This document shows, one piece after another, positions 41,081 through 52,695 of a DNA stretch of 64,000 nucleotides. The position numbers and the translations under genes are program-made. The notes beneath the pieces were generated by a model. The model was not told where the DNA came from. It searched no databases and saw only the letters and a list, made by a program, of their open reading frames with translations. The stretch's first letter is position 1. Each line of letters starts with the position of its first letter. Source of the DNA: Octopus sinensis (taxonomy: Eukaryota); NCBI RefSeq assembly GCF_006345805.1, contig NC_042998.1, positions 148,862,001 to 148,926,000 of the forward strand, given 5' to 3'.

Positions 41081-41959
41081 ATTTCTAATTCTCAGAAAGG
41101 TTGACACTCAAATCTATCTCAGTATAATTATATTAAAGGCTTCAGAATGGTGAAAGGCTAACTCAGACTCGGCGGAAGTTGACCAAAAAAAGAGGTAGGG
41201 TGTACTGATTAGATATCGGAATGCGTTAAAACAATGATTTTATGGCCTTATCAAACCCTTCCTAATGAACCTCCCGTTAGTTATGAACATATCTAAACGC
41301 AAGATGGCTGACCGATTCGTTTACGGCATTTTAGATGCTGTTTAAAATATATGTGGCTTTCTAGGAAGCAAGCTTAGATCAGCGTTGCTCAAGGTGGGAC
41401 GCACGCATCACCGGCAGGAAATCTGTTTTCCCAATTAGTTTTGGTAGGTCCTCAATTTCACATCATGTGTCTCTGACGATAACATTAATGCAACTGAGTG
41501 ATTTTCGTCATAGGGCATAGCGATACTGATGTTGGTTACGTGACTCCTGTTCCTTTGTCATTCACATGTATGTGTGTGGGTGTTTTTGTGTGCGGAAGTT
41601 TCCAAAATATAACATCCGATACGGTCATATGTTCGGCACGGTAGCTGTGTCCAGTAAAGACTATCTTGCGTTGAGCAACGGTAGTAGAGAAGTAGAGATG
41701 AAGGCAATACATTCATATATCTCTTTGGTCTTCTGATCACGCCATAGGACTTTTCTATTTTTTTCGACTGCTTATGAAAGCCTGATGTCAAGACAGTGTT
41801 GAAACACCTTCTTCATAGACTAGGTTTCAGTCCCATAAACAAGATGCTTTCTACACGTGCCCTAATGAAGGCAATATTTTGGTAATTATGATTAATTCAA
41901 AGCATCGTGAACCAATAAGCATTACATTTGACAAAGAAATCTGAATGATAAAGCGTTAA

Positions 41960-42112
41960 ACGCATTTCGTCCGTCTTAACGTTCTGAGTTCAAATTCCAC
42001 GGAGGCCGACTTTGCTTTTCATTCTTTCGCGGTCGACAAAATGAATACTAGTTAAATGCAGGTCAACGCAATCGACTTAGCCACTCTCTTGCAATTTCTG
42101 GTCTTGCATCAA
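41960..42112 (+). mobile_element. SINE family B, 5'-truncated
   Basis: gttctgagttcaaattcc..gactttgcttttcattc..gtcgacaaaatgaatac. Confidence 0.7.
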
Positions 42113-42122
42113 AATTATTATT

Positions 42123-43545
42123 ATTTTGCTATACACACAAAAGATTAGACTGTTGAAAAAGAAAAGAATCCTAACACAGGGTTAGATGCCAAGAATCCTC
42201 CTAAGTATCGTAGCTCTCCCTAATAACACTGTTTTCTGGAGCTGTACTAAACTGGATTTTATGCCTATTTCCTCTATCCATCTGTTCAGATCTCTAGGAA
42301 TAGTTCCCAGTGCACCTATAACTACAGGGATACATTTTGCCTGCATTTTCCATAGTCTCTATAATTTAATGGCTAAGTCCTGGTGCTTTACTATTTTTTC
42401 TATACTTCTCATATTGATTTTTTTCATCAAATGGGACTGTAAAGTCAATTATCTGGTACTTTCTATTCTCTTTATCTACTAATGCTAAATCAGGCCTTCT
42501 AGCTTCTATTACTTTGTCGGTCTAAATGTTAAAGTCCCACAACATCTTGTATTTCTTACTTTCTAGTACTTTACTAGTTTCATGTTTATTAGTATGTTCA
42601 AATCTTAACTTTCTACATAACTCCCAGTAGATTACTCTCCCTAGTTGTCATGTCTTGTATTCTTTCTGTGCTAGCATGCTACATTCGCTTACTATATGAG
42701 TGACGCTTTCCTCTTTTGATTTGCATAAACTACACTGGAAATATACTTGGTTTTTGTCTATCTTGGATTTTATCCAATTAGTCCTTAATGCTTGATCTTC
42801 TGCAGCTACTAACAGACTCCCTATCCCCCTTTTCAGCTTTCCTTTCTGCAACCATAACCATGTCTCACTACTACTATTTGCTGCAGTTATCTTTGGGAAT
42901 CTACCATGCAGCGTCTTCTCCTACCAGTCAGATAATTTCTGTTCTTTTTTCTGGTTTTTAACTTCGTTTGGGTTTTTGGTTTCCCTATGTCCTATTGTGA
43001 ATCTAGTAGCTTTTAATAAACTTTCTTCACTATTACTTACATAGGAGTCTATATCTACTCTAGCTAACTCCACGCAGTCTTCTATTGATATTAGCCCTCT
43101 TCCGCCTTCCTTTCTAGGTAAGTATAATCTTGTTCATATTGAATTCCTTTCTAGTTCTGTCTAGCTTTGCTAATTCAGTTTTTGTCCAATCTCCAAAAGC
43201 TGTTGGGTATCTAAGTAATGATACTACCCAAGTATTTACAGTCTTCACTAAATTCGACCATTTAGCTTTGACTTCATGAGCTTCCTCACCTTTCTGATGT
43301 TCTCAATTTTCGTTTTCATTTCTATTCTTTGTTATCTGTCAGATTCTAATACTCCTAGAAACTTATAACCCTCTCCGCTTTTCAATGATTTTAATGTCTG
43401 GCTATCTAGTAACTGGATGCCTTCGCTGTTGACTACCTGCCCTTTTCTGATACTTAATACTGCACGCTTATCTATGCCAAATTCTCATTCTTACTAAAAA
43501 GCTTCAAATCATCCATGTAGAGCGAATGGCTAATTTTTCCTTTAC
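42123..43545 (-). mobile_element. R4/Dong-type non-LTR retrotransposon, 5'-truncated, degraded RT + CCHC + RLE
   Basis: ISHSLYMDDLK; LVAAEDQALRTNWIK..CSLCKSKEESVTHIVSECSMLAQKEYK; LWDFNI..RRPDL; 3' end in (TAA)n. Confidence 0.88.
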
Positions 43546-43646
43546 TATTTCGGAACTGATGCCCTTCCTTTGTCTTCCTTAATTCTAAACTGAGAGGGAT
43601 TAAACATAAGACAAATATTAAAGGGGATTACGAGTTCCCATGGAAA

Positions 43647-43684
<38 letters not shown>

Positions 43685-43707
43685 CATTATTATTATTATT
43701 ATTATTA

Positions 43708-43895
43708 GGGCAGCTGACGAAATACTTAGCGGTATTTCGCCTGTCATTACGTTCTGAATTCAAATTCCGCCGGGTTCGACTTTGCCTTTCATTCTTTCGG
43801 GGTTGATAAAATAAGTACCAGTTGAGCACTGGGGTTGATGTAATCGACTAGTCCTCTTCCCCAAAATTTCAGGCCTTGTGCCAATAGTAGAAAGG
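43708..43895 (+). mobile_element. SINE family B between (TAT)n tracts
   Basis: ttcaaattccgccgggttcgactttgcctttcattctttcggggttgataaaataagtaccag. Confidence 0.85.
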
Positions 43896-43947
<52 letters not shown>

Positions 43948-43983
43948 GAAAACTCACAGCAGACTAAGGTGAAATTTGTTTAC

Positions 43984-44667
43984 TAGAGTGGAGTGAAAAT
44001 AAAAAGTTGTGGAAATTGAAAGTGCCGGAAGGCATTTTCAATTGGCACAATTTTTTATTTTCATTCCACCTTAACACACATGTATGTGTGTGCGAGTATA
44101 TAGACTGTGTAATCTAGGGTGGCGTGAAAATAAAAGAAATTGTGGAAATTAAAATACCTGAAGGCTAAAATGTTGCTAGAAAGAATGTTAAACTTTCGCT
44201 GCGATCAATCAAGGGCATTTACTCCCTCAAGTCCCTAAACTCCGAAAATGGGTGGTTTTAGCAAATCTTTTAGCAATAGTGGAGTTTGCAGGATCTGAGA
44301 GAGTAAATACTAAGCGAAAATTTAGCATTTTCCAAGTAATAATACATAGCAAGATTTTAGGCCTCAGGCATTTTTAATTTCCACAACTTTTTTTATTTTC
44401 ACTACACCCCAGATTACACAATCTATATACCCGCACACACATACATGTATGTTAGGGTATATATATTACTCTCTCAAACACCCAAACTCCGCTATTGTAA
44501 AATATATACAAAAATCACCCATTTTCGGAGTTTAGAGGGCTTGCGGGAGTAAATGCTCTTGATTGATCTCAGCGAAAATTTAGCATTTTTCTAGAAATTA
44601 AATATAGCAATATTTTAGCCATCAGGCATTTTCAATTTCTACAAGTTTTTATTTTCACTCCACTCTA
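43984..44667. mobile_element. Fold-back / MITE-like element with interleaved inverted repeats
   Basis: Terminal agagtggagtgaaaataaaaa / tttttattttcactccactct; internal IR pairs 44070-44180/44345-44455 and 44190-44260/44510-44580. Confidence 0.65.
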
Positions 44668-44679
44668 TTGTTTACTGGT

Positions 44680-44960
44680 CATGTTTCAAGATCCCTGAGA
44701 AGAATTCTTGTAGTTCTAAGCAATGCTGATTTTTGTTGGTGTTCTACCTTCACATTTGCACCTAACTTTTTCAGTCATGTTGGTAGTTGAGTGTTGATAC
44801 TTCCAAGTGCACCAATTACTATTGGTATCACGTCTACTCTCTTCATTGACCACAACCTTCGTATTTCCCACTTCAAATCGTCATAGTTGTTTACTTTTTC
44901 TTCTTTCGCATTGATCATAAAGTCACCAGAGCATGCTATTCCGATTATCATACATGTTCC
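44680..44960 (-). mobile_element. R4/Dong-type RLE C-terminal fragment
   Basis: KEEKVNNYDDLKWEIRRLWSMKRVDVIPIVIGALG; adjoins (TAT)n. Confidence 0.7.
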
Positions 44961-44963
44961 TTC

Positions 44964-45003
<40 letters not shown>

Positions 45004-45011
45004 TATTATTA

Positions 45012-45247
45012 TTACTTTTTTTTTCTTCTTTCAAATTTGCTTCCATTTCTTGCCGAGTGTCTTCCCGACTCCTAGGGCAAAGAAAATCATAGTATACATT
45101 GGTAGGCCATTAAACCAAACTCAGTAGTTCGTTCATTTTTTAAAATTTTTTTTAAGTTAAATTAAAATACATGAGCAGCAACAGTTCTCACATCGACAAT
45201 GCTCTTCTCAATACGTGTGATGTACCAGTTAAGACAATATACGTATA

Positions 45248-45316
<69 letters not shown>

Positions 45317-45549
45317 TTTTTTTTTCTTCTTTCAAATTTGCTTCCATTTCTTGCCGAGTGTCTTCCCGACTCCTAGGGCAAAGAAAATCATAGTATACAT
45401 TGGTAGGCCATTAAACCAAACTCAGTAGTTCGTTCATTTTTTTAAAATTTTTTTTAAGTTAAATTAAAATACATGAGCAGCAACAGTTCTCACATCGACA
45501 ATGCTCTTCTCAATACGTGTGATGTACCAGTTAAGACAATATACGTATA

Positions 45550-45612
<63 letters not shown>
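45012..45612 (-). repeat. Tandem duplication (~300 bp) of a Dong/R4-like extreme 3' end plus (TAA)n
   Basis: Two near-identical units; minus strand VLTGTSHVLRRALSM* then 3' UTR, A-tract and (TAA)n. Confidence 0.75.
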
Positions 45613-45613
<1 letters not shown>

Positions 45614-45619
45614 ATTAAG

Positions 45620-45780
45620 GCAATGAGATAGGAGAAGCGTTAGCGTGTCGGACAAAATGCAAACACTTCTGATATCAACTTTCACCGTCGATAAAATAAA
45701 ATACATACCAGTCGAGTACTGAGGTCGACTAATCGACTATACACCCCCCTTTAAAATTGCTGACCTTGCGCCAAACCTTG
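45620..45780 (+). mobile_element. SINE family B, internally deleted
   Basis: cgttagcgtgtcggacaaaatgc..gtcgataaaata..gtactgaggtcgactaatcgac. Confidence 0.55.
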
Positions 45781-45865
45781 AAGCCATCATCACCATAATC
45801 GTCGTCGTCGTCATCGTCATCGTCGACATCGTCGTCGTCGTCGTCCTCCTCCTCCTCATCATCAT

Positions 45866-45956
<91 letters not shown>

Positions 45957-46699
45957 ATCATCGTCATCATCTACTGAAGCAAACGGACTGTTGCTTGCGT
46001 TAGTATAAAGTTTTGTCTTGACATGTACTTTTGGAAACAAGCCTTATGTATTCTTATTGATGGTGTAAAATAACTGCAGATGAAGCACCATGTGTTATTC
46101 AGCACAGTGGTAGAAATGGTGGTAGCTGAGGTATCAGTAACATAAACAAACTCGTTTCCAAATAGTTGCAAACCAAAATCGGAATTAAAAAAAAAAAAAG
46201 AAAAAGAAATTCGGACATTGAAAATATCAACGAAAAAGACAAAAACAGATGAAGACCAGAGTCCCTACTTGTTATTGAGGCTACTGCTACAGCATGGCCT
46301 GAATCAATTCCTCCAAGTTGTGAGATGACCATTTTGTGTTGAATATATTTTTGGTTACCTCTCATCATGAAGAAATTTAACTAATTGTGTTGACTCAATC
46401 GTTTCACAAAAAGGCACCATTTAAAGGGGATCTATCCCTGATTTAATAGCAAATAACTTAGCTCATGAGTTCCCTGCCCTTTTATATACCATTCTCCATT
46501 TCGATTCTCATAAGCAAAAGCAATAAAAAAACTGCGCCCCACTATAAAGAGACGAATATAGTATATAGCTTATATATAAAGTTTAAATCTACACTTGCAA
46601 ATAATTTACACTCCACTTTACTAACCAATATCCTACGAAAATTTTGGTTTCAAATTTTCACAAACTTTGATGTCAAATATCATGCAAACATCATTACAT

Positions 46700-46885
46700 A
46701 GTGCCAAAAATTTCTTCTCCGCTGTCAAATTACAGGACCAAATATTGCAATATCTTGGAAGTCAAGAACACACAGCTCTTGAACATTCTCCCGAAGGAGA
46801 TGAGAGACATGCATGGTATGCATATAGATGTGGATGTCTTCAAGTCTAAACCGGATCTCCTACTAAGAGCCCCAGGTGAGCGAAT
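46700..46885 (+). mobile_element. CR1/L2-group LINE 3' coding scrap
   Basis: QLLNILPKEMRD..VDVFKSKPDLLL..PGE resembles the conserved RT C-terminal motif of this group. Confidence 0.5.
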
Positions 46886-46896
46886 GCGTTAAAAAG

Positions 46897-47230
46897 GCGC
46901 AGGCATGGCTGTGTGGTAAGAAACTTCCTTCTTACCACATTGAATGTCTTCTAAATCCTTGTGAGTTGATATGGCAGACGGAAACTGAAAGAACCCGGTT
47001 GTATGTATATATACGTATATATCCCCGTGCATCTTTCTGTGTCTGCGTATCCCCCACCTCCGCTTGACAACCGGTGGTGCTGTGTTTACGCCCCCGTAAC
47101 TTACCGGTTCGGCAAAAAAGACAGATAGAATAAGCGGTAAGCTTTGAAAAAATAATTCCTGGGGTTGATTTGTTTGATTAAAACACTTCAGGGCGATGAT
47201 CCAGCATGGCCGCAGTTAAATGACTGAAGA
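46897..47230 (+). mobile_element. SINE family A (internal deletion)
   Basis: gcgcaggcatggctgtgtggtaag..ggcagacggaaactgaaaga..cccgtaacttaccggttcggcaaaa..ccagcatggccgcag. Confidence 0.8.
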
Positions 47231-47280
47231 TCTATAAAAAATTTTATATATATGTGTGTGAGTGTGTGTGTGTGTGTGTG

Positions 47281-47330
<50 letters not shown>

Positions 47331-48148
47331 TTATAACATATATATATATATATATATTTGCATGTATATGTATATATATGCATGCTAATGGAAGGTTATT
47401 ATTTTAACTCTAAAATGTTTGGTTTGCAAGTACATGGCTGCGAGTTCCACTGAGCAACAGTATGAGCAAGTGCCTACAACAATAGTCTTGAGTTCTGTGA
47501 ATGAATTTAGAAAAGCAAAACTGTTTCAAGCGTGTCTCGCGCTTGTCTTTCTGTGTATGTGCGTATATATGTGTGTGTTTATTCGAAATAAAAATCCAGT
47601 ACTGAATATACTCCGATTAAATTTACAATTTAAAAATAGGGTAAAATCTTTATAAGAATTTATCAAGTAGTTAGCGTCAAAAACCTCATAAGAGAAAAAA
47701 CTATCAAATTTTCTCTTAAATATATTTATTTATATTATATAGAGGGCATTACTATACATAAATGCCACACGCTAGACGAGACTCTTAGTACTGCATTTTT
47801 ATTCTGAATAAACACGTTTGTACCAAATGCAATTCGAAAAAGCTCGTCTTTTACATAGATGTATAAAGGTTGAACATTTCTATATGCTACGCTGGATACA
47901 TTGGGTGTTCATCTGGTATGTTGATTTTTGTTCATTCGTTATAATCTTTAAGTACACTCGCACTGACGATTAAAATGTGCATTTCTGCACTAATTATGAA
48001 ATCATATGATTAGCAGCTGAATTCTGTTTTTAGAAGGCTCGCTGCGAGAGTTATATTCCCTCGCATTCAGTATGATGTGATTATTTATTTTGTGGTAGTT
48101 TTGACTTTAAGAGTCCCTTCTAGCGTGTGGCATTTATGTATAGTAATG

Positions 48149-48220
<72 letters not shown>

Positions 48221-48260
48221 AGCCGGTAGAGGAAGTCCCTCAACGAAGAGCGGTGCTTAC

Positions 48261-48303
48261 CATACGTTGAAAAGAGGCAATAACCTCGAAACCGGTCCGT
48301 GTG
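48261..48303 (+). ncRNA. Type I hammerhead ribozyme, U3-A8 variant
   Basis: CATACG-TTGAAAA-GAGG-caataa-CCTC-GAAAC-cg-GTC|CGTGTG. Confidence 0.8.
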
Positions 48304-48620
48304 TAGTATCCGTATCTTCGGGGAGGCTGATCTCCCTTTGCTGGCTGGCAAGGACACCGAGATGGTGTCAGCTCTTCTGGTGACGTCGATGTTCGCCTGG
48401 GGCTAAATGCATCAGTAACACCCCCACCACCCCGCCCTGACCCTAGCCACATTCAGATGGCTGATCCCTCTTATGTTATAGAGCAGTTACTGTTTATATC
48501 TCGCCCAGAGATTTATTATTGTTTTCGAACAGATTTTCTACGCCAGTGACTGTGGTTACTGTGAAAATCTATATATATCCAGCCGGTAGAGGAAGTCCCT
48601 CAACGAAGAGCGGTGCTTAC

Positions 48621-48663
48621 CATACGTTGACAAGAGGCAATAACCTCGAAACCGGTCCGTGTG
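48621..48663 (+). ncRNA. Type I hammerhead ribozyme, U3-A8 variant (second monomer)
   Basis: Same motif with core TTGACAA; differs only at free position 7. Confidence 0.8.
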
Positions 48664-48839
48664 TAGTATCCGTATCTTCGGGGTGGCTGATCTCCCTTTG
48701 CTGGCTGGCAAGGACACCGAGATGGTGTCAGCTCTTCTGGTGACGTCGATGTTCGCCTGGGGCTAAATGCATCAGTAACACCCCCACCACCCCGCCCTGA
48801 CCCTAGCCACATTCAGATGGCTGATCCCTCTTATGTTAT

Positions 48840-48900
<61 letters not shown>

Positions 48901-48903
<3 letters not shown>

Positions 48904-49960
48904 ATCAAAATAAGCAACAAGGATATCCAAAGGTAATGCAGTACGATCGTTTCATGCGACTCCATTTAATTAAGTATTACATCAGTTTTAAAATGTAGAG
49001 CAATCTTCAGCTGCATATAAATATAGAATTTAGTTAAATTGAAAAGATTGAAACGATTCATTTTTATACTCATTCCATTTATACATTCTAAAGTCATTAG
49101 CAAGTAGATAATATATGAAATGTTTAGCATATTCCTTTAATTTAACTCATTAATACCAATAAATTACTATTTACTAATTAACTATAAATTTATATTAATT
49201 TGATTTATATCTATATAAAAATATGAAATCATTTCTATATTCTCCCTCCCTATATTGTATAAGATACTAAAATTATTCGAATTCTTTGAAAAAACTATCT
49301 AAAATATATCTATTTATTTCAAATCACAATTAGGATTATGGCTATTAAATAGTTAGGTATTAGAAGTTTCTATTCTCCCTACCCCACCAGTTTTGGCCTA
49401 CTAATTTTAGCTTGAATATATTCAACTGAACCAAAATTGAGTTCTTCAAAGGGAACTTGATTTATCGCTCTGCCATTTATACTATCTCTCCCTCTATCAA
49501 TAAAAGAAAGATTCTTGTCTCCACTAGACCTGATGGAATAGTATTAAACTCCTTCCCCAATAGTAAATCTAAATAGCTTAGTAAAATCAATGATAAGCAT
49601 TATCTCCGCGAAAAAATATTAATTACTACCATGTTTCTGTTGGTGAAACGTGTTTCGCTGTCTACGTACTTACCCTCTTTGTGATGTTGATAAACGTAAT
49701 AAGTAGCAAAATGAATCTTTTCAATCTTTTCAATTTAACTAAGTTCTATATTTTTTATTCAACTGAAGATTGCTCTACATTTTAAAACTGATGTAATACT
49801 TGCATTGTTTAATTAAATGGAGCCGCATGAAACGATCGTACTGCATTACCTTTGGATATCCTTATTGCTAGTTTTGATTATAATCACCCCATTTTGAATT
49901 ATATGGATAATACCATACCAAATTCTGGTGCCTTTAACTTAAGTACCATATTCAACTGAA
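48901..49960 (+). mobile_element. Family H2 Penelope-like 3' fragment with inverted pLTR and HHR
   Basis: IR about 48901-49070 / 49709-49880 plus the same tail as 17202-17280; best HHR on minus strand at 48937-49015 TGCAG-CTGAAGA..GAAAC-GATC-GTA-CTGCA. Confidence 0.72.
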
Positions 49961-49989
49961 TCTAAATTTTTACTGAACTTATATATATA

Positions 49990-50110
49990 TACTTCTTTCA
50001 GTCTCCGTCGGCCCTGGGCTGTGAAAGAAGACACCTTGCCAAAGTAAAATGTAGAGGGATGGAACCATGTGGTTGGGAGCAAATTTCTTACCGCACAGCC
50101 ATGCATGCGC
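49990..50110 (-). mobile_element. SINE family A 5' fragment
   Basis: ggaaccatgtggttgggagc..ttcttaccgcacagccatgcatgcgc. Confidence 0.65.
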
Positions 50111-50240
50111 CTATAGGGACAAAACACACACATACACACATACACATATATGTGGATAGATCGACGGCCAGATAGATGCACACGTATATACTTATGTATA
50201 ACTATAAATAACTATATATGTACAAAAATACATCCACACA

Positions 50241-50294
<54 letters not shown>

Positions 50295-50683
50295 CTAGCA
50301 GTATCGCCCGGCGTTGCTCGGGTTTGTTTCGACCCGCTGGAACTGGAATTTTTGAAAAGTAAAACTTTTGCATTATGTAGCTTATTATTCTCTTCAAGTG
50401 AACATTTTTCTGGTTGAAATACACCGAAAAGTGGCGACACAGCAGTGAAAAAATCGTAAAAAAATAGGGATTTTCATAGAAAAAAGCACCTTTTTGATGT
50501 AAATAATTTTTGGTATTAACATGGTCCGATTTGAATTTTATCTACTACGGAAGGAAGAGCAACCCTTCTATCATACTCTCAATTTTGGTCAACTTGCGGC
50601 GTAGGGTCTCGGAGAAGATAGTGTTAGTTGAAGGCTACCAAACCTGGCGCACACAGACAACTTCAGCTTTATATAGAGAGAGA
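50295..50683 (-). mobile_element. Short non-autonomous Helitron
   Basis: Minus strand: A|TC..tatataaagctgaag 5' end; CCCGAGCAACGCCGGG hairpin identical to that at 39892, then CTAG|T. Confidence 0.75.
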
Positions 50684-50866
50684 TAACACACACACATTAA
50701 TACACATACATACACACACACATATTTATGTGTGTATGGATGTATGTATGTATATATGTACATCTGTCCACTTCTTCCCATATTTTTATCCTTCACTTCC
50801 TACACACACATACACACACACACACACACACTCTCACACACACACACATACACACACACACACGCG

Positions 50867-50941
<75 letters not shown>

Positions 50942-51272
50942 TAGCTTACAATTTCTTTCTTTCAACAATTGACAACTGAAGTACGCTCGCAAATTAATAC
51001 TACGAAAACTTAGCGACAGAAAGTAAATTAAAAACCAATTTACCTTTTCTGTTGAGTTATCATGGCAATTCGACCGTCTGATTTCCTTAAATCCGTCTCT
51101 TTTCTTCAACTGACTTAGTTCCTATCGTTTATTAAAGTCCTTTGTGAAATCTAGGTGTGTTTTTTTTGTTGTTTCTCGAGAAAGTTTTGTTTCCTCGACA
51201 CTAAAAACTAACGGGAAGTAGACAACAGTCCCAGTACAATTGGTGTAATAGTGTAACTCATAATGTGAGCGG

Positions 51273-52190
51273 CTAGCATCTACTCACCATATGTCAGTGA
51301 ATTGTTGGTGTGTGTTTGCAAATGTGTTCGAATGAGAAAGCAAATTGCGTTTGGCGCCTTTTTTACTAATAACAAACACACACGTGTGTGTGTGTTTGAT
51401 TGTTTGTATGTAGTTGTTTGAAAGGTTTGTGTTTGTCACTGTCATATATTTATATGTTTGCGTGTCTATGTGTGTGTGTGAGGAGTAAATCATTATGTAT
51501 TTATTTGTTTCTGTTTCCTTTGTTTTTTGTTGAGGAGTGGTTTCCATAGAGAAAGTATATGTATATGTTTGCGTGTCTATGTGTGTGTGTGAGGAGTAAA
51601 TCGTTATGTATTAATTTTTGTCTCTGTATTTTTTTGAGTAGTGGTTTAAGGTACACTTGCAAAGAGAAAGTAGGAGAAAGTGTGGTAATAGAAGGAGTAA
51701 AGCATTTGAAATGATAGAGGGAAATCGTAAAATATTGAGTTTTCTCGAATTTTTGCTTAATTGGGGGTCAAATTGAAGAAATTTATATGCCATGACCCAA
51801 TGGAATGTACTTCGAAAAATCATAGGTAAATTCCAATTGAAGAAATTGCGTGAGGAGTAAATCGTTATGTATTTATTTGTTTCTGTTTCCTCTGTGTTTT
51901 TTTGAGTAGTGGTTTAAGGTACACTTGCAAAGAGAAAGTAGGAGAAAGTGTGGTAATAGAAGGAGTGAAGCATTGGAAATGAGAGAGGCAAATCGTAAAA
52001 TATTTAGTTTTCTCGAATTTTTGCTTAATTATTGGGGGTGAAATTGAAAAAAATGTATATGACATGACCCAATCGAATCTACTTCGAAAAATCATAGGTA
52101 AATTCCAACTGAAGAAATTCTATAGTGTACAATTGTATTAAAACGAAACATAGTCACAGGCAGAGAAAATCTGCCTTTTATCATAAGAGA
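51273..52190 (-). mobile_element. Probable Helitron with internal ~260-bp tandem duplication
   Basis: Minus-strand A|TCTC..ataaaaggcagattttctctgcc start; CTAG at 51273; duplicated blocks starting about 51590 and 51851. Confidence 0.5.
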
Positions 52191-52236
52191 TATATATATG
52201 TATAAGGATGAAAAGGAACACACGAGTTGATATATG

Positions 52237-52681
52237 TGAAAATACAAGTCAGGATAGAAAATGCTAAAATAATTTTATAAAGAAAATTTCAGTACCGGTT
52301 TCAGTCATTGAGACCCTTTCAACTGTAACAATTAAATAAGTAAATTTAGAAAAATTAAAAGAACAGTTTTTTTAAAAGAATATTTCGTCTTCTTCCTCCC
52401 CTCCTCCTCATCCCCCTCCTTCTTCTTCTTCCCTACCAAGAATTCACAACGATCTCGAACCCACAAGAGTAAACAAGAGAGACAGAGAAAGGCAGAAACA
52501 AGGAAAATGCCACTTATATTTGAACACTATGCAAATATTCTTTTAAAAAAACTTTTCTTTTAATTTTTCTAAATTTAATTATTTAATTGTTACAGTTGAA
52601 AAGGTCTCAATGACTGAAACCAGTACTGAAATGTTCTTTATATAATTATTTTAGCATTTTCTATCCTGACTTGTTTTTTCA
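52237..52681. mobile_element. Fold-back element with a minimal U3-A8 HHR in each arm
   Basis: IR 52237-52385 / 52533-52681; CAG-TTGAAAA-GGTC-tcaat-GACT-GAAAC-ca-GTA-CTG at 52593-52628. Confidence 0.65.
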
Positions 52682-52695
52682 TATATATATATATA

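Larger units (their letters stand above)
48211..48840 (+). mobile_element. Non-LTR retrozyme-like tandem: 360-bp monomer, about 1.7 copies
   Basis: Exact 360-bp period; one type I HHR per monomer; (TA)n on both sides. Confidence 0.85.

Noticed and set aside
45729-46040. Poly-A/poly-D ORF
   Set aside because: Compound trinucleotide repeat running into a SINE; no splice or coding context.
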